64,000 nucleotides of DNA from an uncultured Gemmataceae bacterium (GTDB lineage Bacteria; Planctomycetota; Planctomycetia; Gemmatales; Gemmataceae). Under the pieces are notes generated by a model. The model searched no databases and was not told the origin of the DNA. It saw nothing but the letters and a program-made list of their open reading frames with translations. Each line of letters starts with the position of its first letter. Position 1 is the first letter of the stretch. This document shows, in pieces, positions 59,337-64,000 of this stretch. The stretch covers positions 192,001 through 256,000 of the forward strand of contig CAVVPN010000003.1 of NCBI GenBank assembly GCA_963750165.1, in the 5' to 3' direction. The translations under genes were made by a program, and so were the position numbers.

Positions 59337-61148
59337 TTAATGCTCCTCCCGGCCGCGGAGGGCGTTCACGTCAATCGCGTACTTCTTGCACTTGAGCCCC
59401 AGCGTCTCCCGCGACAGGCCGACCAGCCGCGCCGCCGCGCTGGCGTTGCCGCCCGTCCGCTGCAGCGCCTTGCGGATCGCGTACTCTTCCAACTGCACCA
59501 GGTCGAGCGGAATCTCGCCGCTGGGAGCGTCCAGCAGACGCAGGTCCCGCGGCCCGATCACCTCGCCCTCCGACAGCATCACCGCGCTCTCCAGTACCGT
59601 GCGCAGCTCGCGGATGTTGCCGGGCCAGTCGTGCTCGGCCAACCGCTTCAGCGCCTCGGGCGCCAGCAGCTTGCGCTTGTTGATCTGCGCCGCGTACTTG
59701 CCGATGAAGTGCTCCGCCAGGTCCGGCAGGTCGCCGAGGCGCTCGCGCAGGGGCGGCACCGTCAGGCAGATCACGCACAGGCGGTAATACAGGTCGTGCC
59801 GGAACCGCCCCGCCGCCACCTCCCGCGTCAGATCCTTATGGGTCGCCGCCACCACGCGCACGTCCGTCCGCACCTCGCGCTCCTCGCCGACCGGCCGGAA
59901 CGGCTTGCCCTCGATAACGCGCAGCACCTTGACCTGGCAGTCCAGCGTCATGTCGCCGACCTCGTCCAGGAACAGCGTGCCGTTGTCGGCCTGCTGGAAG
60001 TAGCCCTGGTGCCGCCGGGCGTCCGTGAAGGCCCGGTCGCGGTGGCCGAACAGCTCCGATTCCAGCAGCGTCGGCACGATGGCGCCGCAGTTGACCACCA
60101 CGAACGGTCCGCGGCCGCGCGGGCTCTGGCGGTGAAGCGCCAGCGCCACCAGTTCCTTGCCCGAGCCGGTCTCGCCCTGGATCAGCACCGTTGACGGGCA
60201 CGGCGCCGCCCGGGCGATCATCTGCCGCAGATCGCGGACGGCCGGGCTGTCGCCGAGGATGTCGTCGGCGTCGGCGGCGTGGCTGCGCAGGCGCGTGTTC
60301 TCCGCCTCCAGGCTACGGCACAGCTGCAGCCGGGCCAGGTGGCTGGCGGTGAAGTTGGCGATCATCTCGCAGAGCCGTACCTGGCGCTGCGTGAAGAAGC
60401 GGTCGGTGTTGTTGTAGGCGTGCAGGGCGCCGAGGGCGACGCCCTCGGCGCGGAGCGGGACGCAGACGGCGTCGTTGAACGGCAGCAGGCTGTCGCTGTG
60501 ATCGAGGCGGGCCAGATCCTCCTTGAGCCAGACGCGGCGGCCGTCGCGCTGCACGCGCTGGGTGAGCTGCTTGCTCAGCGCGGCGTTGACCGCCGCGTCC
60601 TCCGGTTCGACGATGCGCGGCAACGGCCGCTCGGGGTCGAGGCTCAGGAAGCCGCACAGCGTCGCCCCGGTCAGCTGCCGCACCGCCAGCAAGGCGTTGC
60701 GGACGACGACCGCGGCGTCGGCCTCCTCAACCGCGGTGGTCATGAATTCATGCAGCAGGGCCAGTTCGTCCACCTGAAACGTGGTGACCGCCTCGCCGGG
60801 TTCGAGGCCGGCGGGCGGCGTCGGCCGGTCGGGTGTCGCCTTCGCGGCGGTCACCACCTGGAAGCGCAGGCGCAGTTCGGCGATGCCAATCTCCTGGCCG
60901 TCTACCAGGCGTACCGGCCGGTCGATGCGAGCGCCGCCATCGACGCGCGTGCCATTGCGCGTGTTGAAGTTGCGCAGGATCCAGTGACCGTCCGTGAAGC
61001 GAATCTCGGCGTGCTCGCGCGAGGCGCGCTCGTCGTGGAGGACGATGGTACTGCGCGTGCTCCGGCCCAGCGTGACACACTGAGCGGTGCTGAAGTCCAG
61101 AATCGATGGGTCGGCTTCGCCGAGAATGGCGGTCAACCGTGCGTGCAT
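59337..61148 (-). CDS. FHA-GAF-AAA+ sigma54-type enhancer-binding protein with Fis HTH
   Basis: LGRS..SREHA..NGT (FHA); GETGSGKE, ESELFGH, LFLDEVG, FRHDLYYRL, WPGNIREL; GNASAAARLVG. Confidence 0.92.
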   Translation of the reverse strand: MHARLTAILGEADPSILDFSTAQCVTLGRSTRSTIVLHDERASREHAEIRFTDGHWILRNFNTRNGTRVDGGARIDRPVRLVDGQEIGIAELRLRFQVVTAAKATPDRPTPPAGLEPGEAVTTFQVDELALLHEFMTTAVEEADAAVVVRNALLAVRQLTGATLCGFLSLDPERPLPRIVEPEDAAVNAALSKQLTQRVQRDGRRVWLKEDLARLDHSDSLLPFNDAVCVPLRAEGVALGALHAYNNTDRFFTQRQVRLCEMIANFTASHLARLQLCRSLEAENTRLRSHAADADDILGDSPAVRDLRQMIARAAPCPSTVLIQGETGSGKELVALALHRQSPRGRGPFVVVNCGAIVPTLLESELFGHRDRAFTDARRHQGYFQQADNGTLFLDEVGDMTLDCQVKVLRVIEGKPFRPVGEEREVRTDVRVVAATHKDLTREVAAGRFRHDLYYRLCVICLTVPPLRERLGDLPDLAEHFIGKYAAQINKRKLLAPEALKRLAEHDWPGNIRELRTVLESAVMLSEGEVIGPRDLRLLDAPSGEIPLDLVQLEEYAIRKALQRTGGNASAAARLVGLSRETLGLKCKKYAIDVNALRGREEH

Positions 61149-61318
61149 GCCCTGCGCTCTCCCGGACGAACCCTTCGACGGAAATGTACCCCCCACCCAG
61201 GATGCGCCGGCGGCGCCGCGAAATCAAGCGATAAAATAAGGTGAAAAATACAGCGGCCGGCGGACGCCGACAGTTCGGGGCCGCCAGCCACCGTGGAAAC
61301 ACGCGGCTGCTTGAGCGC

Positions 61319-62551
61319 TCAGTTCTTGCGCGGCGACACGGTGACGAGCTTGCCCTGGGTGACGCCCATGCTGGAGTGGACGCGCACCGTGAAGGCGCCG
61401 GGCCGCAGCACCCGCGCCCGCCACATCACCAGGCTGTGGGGCCGCTCCTCGCCCTGCGGTGCCGGCACCGGCTGCACCTCGGGGCCTTCCAGCAAGGTCA
61501 TGCCGTCGGGCAGCTCCAGCCGTAGCGACTGGCCGGCGGCCGGGTCGTGGACACGCGCCGTGATGGTAAAGCGCTTGCCCGGGACGAAGGAACCACCCAG
61601 GGTCAGTTCGACGCGGCCCTCACTCTCGGGGCTGGGCACGAGACCCTGACCGTAGCCGTAGGCGATCTCGCGTTTGCCGCCCGGCTTGATCTCCTTCGGC
61701 TCCCAGTAGACGCCCAGGCCGGAGTCGCCCATCGACGCGATGGCCTGCATGTTCCACATGTTGAAGCCCTGGCCGTGTCGGGTGAGCACCACGCGGTCGG
61801 GCTTCTCCAGCTTCGGCCCCAGGTCGAGCGTCAGATGGGCCACGAAGCCGGGGTTCTTCAGGTTCGGCTGCTGGAGCAGCTGTACGTAGGGCGGCAGCGT
61901 CTTGCCCTCGAGTTCGATGCCGTCCAGGAGTTTGTTGGGCAGGGTCGGCGCCGCGAACAGACAGCCATCGTTGTTGACGATGTAGGTGTCCATGTAGACA
62001 CGCAGACCGATCTTGTGCGCCTGCTTGCCCTGGTTCTCGATGAGGTAGTGAATCAGCACGGCGTCGCGGCGGCGCTTGGCGGCCTTGGTCTGCGGTTTGG
62101 TGGGCACCACGGTCATGGTCATCGTGACGCGCAGGCCATCGGCGTAGAGATAGGAAGAGGAAAAGCCTTCGCGGTCCTTGCCTTCCCTGGTCTTGCCGAG
62201 GGGGCGGTTGGCGAAGTCGGCGCGGCCGGTCGGTCCCTGCTGCGGGAGGAACTGACCGTCGAGCAGCAGGCTGGGGAAATGGCTCAGGTGCAGCCGTTCG
62301 CCGCGCTCCCCCGAGACGTAGACCGCCAGCCCCTGCGGCTGATACTGGATGCGACGCACCGGGTCCACCGGCAGCAGGACGGTCGGATCGACAACGACGG
62401 GTTTCTCGTCCTTGATCGTTACCTGGACCGGAGGCTGCCCCTGCTGGGGCCCGGCCGCGGCCAGGGGCGCCGCCAGGGACGCCAGCAGGACGACCAGGAA
62501 GCCGCGCCGGCTGGGTGAGCGACGCTCAGTCTGCGAATGCTGCGAACGCAT
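61319..62551 (-). CDS. Exported hypothetical protein, beta-rich
   Basis: SRRGFL plus hydrophobic signal; KIGLRVYMDTYIVNNDG; GDSGLGVYW. Confidence 0.65.
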   Translation of the reverse strand: MRSQHSQTERRSPSRRGFLVVLLASLAAPLAAAGPQQGQPPVQVTIKDEKPVVVDPTVLLPVDPVRRIQYQPQGLAVYVSGERGERLHLSHFPSLLLDGQFLPQQGPTGRADFANRPLGKTREGKDREGFSSSYLYADGLRVTMTMTVVPTKPQTKAAKRRRDAVLIHYLIENQGKQAHKIGLRVYMDTYIVNNDGCLFAAPTLPNKLLDGIELEGKTLPPYVQLLQQPNLKNPGFVAHLTLDLGPKLEKPDRVVLTRHGQGFNMWNMQAIASMGDSGLGVYWEPKEIKPGGKREIAYGYGQGLVPSPESEGRVELTLGGSFVPGKRFTITARVHDPAAGQSLRLELPDGMTLLEGPEVQPVPAPQGEERPHSLVMWRARVLRPGAFTVRVHSSMGVTQGKLVTVSPRKN

Positions 62552-62768
62552 GGCTCCGACCCTCAAGGGAAGGGAGAGAACAGGGCAATTGTAACCCCGG
62601 TGCGCCGGGGTTCGCAAGGAGGGGACGTTCACGCCGCTGGTTCCTAACTTCCAGAGAGGACTCTCGTCCGAGCTGCGCACGGAGCGTACTCTGCGTCGGC
62701 GGTCAGGAAGCCGTTGGCACCGTGTTCGACCGCCGCCGCAAGTTGGAGCGCGTCCATCGACAGCAGTC

Positions 62769-63884
62769 CTAACAACCAAACCGCTTCACCGCCTCCCGGT
62801 TCAGCTCCACCCCCAGCCCCGGCTTCTCCGGCACCGTCAGGAACCCCTCCGCGTCCACCCGGAACGGCTCCGTCACAATCTCATCAATATACGGCGACGG
62901 CGTCAGATACTCGACGTAGCGTGCCACCGGCACCGCCGCAGTCAGGTGCAGGTCCGCCGCCAGGCCCAGCGCCGTGTTCCAGCCGTGCGGCACGTACAGC
63001 ACGTTATGTTCATACGCCAGCCACGCGATCCGCCACGCTTCGGTGATGCCGCCACATTTCGTACAATCCGGCTGAATAATGTCCACGGCGCCACGCTCGA
63101 TGTACGGCCGAAAGCTCTGCCGCCGCGTCAACACCTCGCCCGTGGCGATCGGCAGCGGTGCCTGGCGGCGCAGCTCGATAAAGCCCTCCAGGTCGTCCGG
63201 CGGCAGCGCTTCCTCGAACCACACCACCGCGTAGTCCGCCAGCATCTTCGCCGTCTCCAGCGCCCACTTATAGCCGTGCGGCCAGAACTGTTCGCTGCCG
63301 CCCGCGTCCACCATGATCTCGATGTCCGGCCCCACCGCCTCGCGCGCCGTTCGCACCAGCAGTTCGTCGAACTTGCGGTCGCGCCGCCCGAACGGCCGCC
63401 AGCCCAGCTTGATCGCCTGGAAGCCGCGCGCGACCGTCCGCTGTAACTTCTCGCGCAGCGGCCCCGGTTCGTCGAACAGGATCGAGCCGTAGGGCTTGAT
63501 TTTTTGGCGGTACAGGCCGCCCAGCAGCCGCGCCACCGGTTGATTGCAGACCTTGCCCATCAGGTCCCACAGGGCGATGTCAATGCCGCTGATGGCGTGC
63601 TCGACCGCGCCGCCGCGGCCCTGCCAGAACGTCGTCTGTCGCAGCTTCTCGGTGACGCGCGCCGGTTCGTCGGCGCGCTCGCCGTGCAGCAGCGGCCACA
63701 GCAGCTTGACCGCCGCGGCCACCAGTGCCTTGCTCGTCATGGCGCTGCCGACGCCGACCAGGCCCTCGTCGGTGTCGATTTCGACCAGGGTGTGCAGGTC
63801 GTCCTCGGGCTTGAGTTCGTCGGCCCACCCGCCCTCGGGTGTGGCGCCGGCCAGGCCGGTCAACCGGATGTCGGTGATCTTCAT
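62769..63884 (-). CDS. Mandelate racemase/muconate lactonizing enzyme family protein
   Basis: ISGIDIALWDL, IKLG, IMVDAG, WFEE, TGE, IIQPD, PGLGVELN. Confidence 0.92.
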   Translation of the reverse strand: MKITDIRLTGLAGATPEGGWADELKPEDDLHTLVEIDTDEGLVGVGSAMTSKALVAAAVKLLWPLLHGERADEPARVTEKLRQTTFWQGRGGAVEHAISGIDIALWDLMGKVCNQPVARLLGGLYRQKIKPYGSILFDEPGPLREKLQRTVARGFQAIKLGWRPFGRRDRKFDELLVRTAREAVGPDIEIMVDAGGSEQFWPHGYKWALETAKMLADYAVVWFEEALPPDDLEGFIELRRQAPLPIATGEVLTRRQSFRPYIERGAVDIIQPDCTKCGGITEAWRIAWLAYEHNVLYVPHGWNTALGLAADLHLTAAVPVARYVEYLTPSPYIDEIVTEPFRVDAEGFLTVPEKPGLGVELNREAVKRFGC

Positions 63885-64000
63885 GGCGTCTCTCGGCGGT
63901 TCGGGCCGGGGATCTCAACGATGGTTTCGCGCAGCTTCTGGCGGTTGCGCTCGTCCACCAGGACGATGCGCGGCTGATGCCGGGGCACATCGGCCTCGTC
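63881..64000 (-). CDS. panD: C-terminal end of probable aspartate 1-decarboxylase (starts beyond window)
   Basis: DEADVPRHQPRIVLVDERNR..., ATGA overlap with next gene; only 39 residues visible. Confidence 0.55.
   Translation of the reverse strand, partial: DEADVPRHQPRIVLVDERNRQKLRETIVEIPGPNRRETP

Overview
GC-rich bacterial chromosome segment whose gene content points to a planctomycete, most likely Gemmataceae (inferred from DUF1501, DUF4058, DUF1080, a PVC-type heme-binding protein, and an FHA-GAF-sigma54 activator). It holds about 55 protein genes, mostly housekeeping or family-typical (rph, tynA, moaD, Flp pilin, apgM, PPIase, glpD, Ser/Thr kinase, topA, kdsA, xerD, rdgB, ROK kinase, csrA, partial panD). 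No rRNA, tRNA, CRISPR array or intact transposase was recognised. About nine genes carry small frameshifts, most likely assembly indels. Best candidate for a novel system: a minus-strand operon at 40444-42494 that appears to encode a split, secreted copper amine oxidase. One gene carries the N2/N3 domains and a second carries a shortened catalytic domain, each with its own signal peptide, followed by a tiny four-repeat CxxCxGxG zinc-finger gene; the intact tynA in the same window serves as the alignment reference. Other highlights: a solitary integron-type cassette with an attC site, a c-di-GMP-I riboswitch upstream of the Flp pilin, a three-layer nested REP/MITE, a palindromic repeat inserted in frame in topA, inverted heptamer arrays, a nucleotidyltransferase plus small-partner pair, two fused antitoxin remnants, a GGA-rich csrA leader and a low-GC module inside a heme-protein gene. 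All family calls come from motif recognition by eye; no searches were run.
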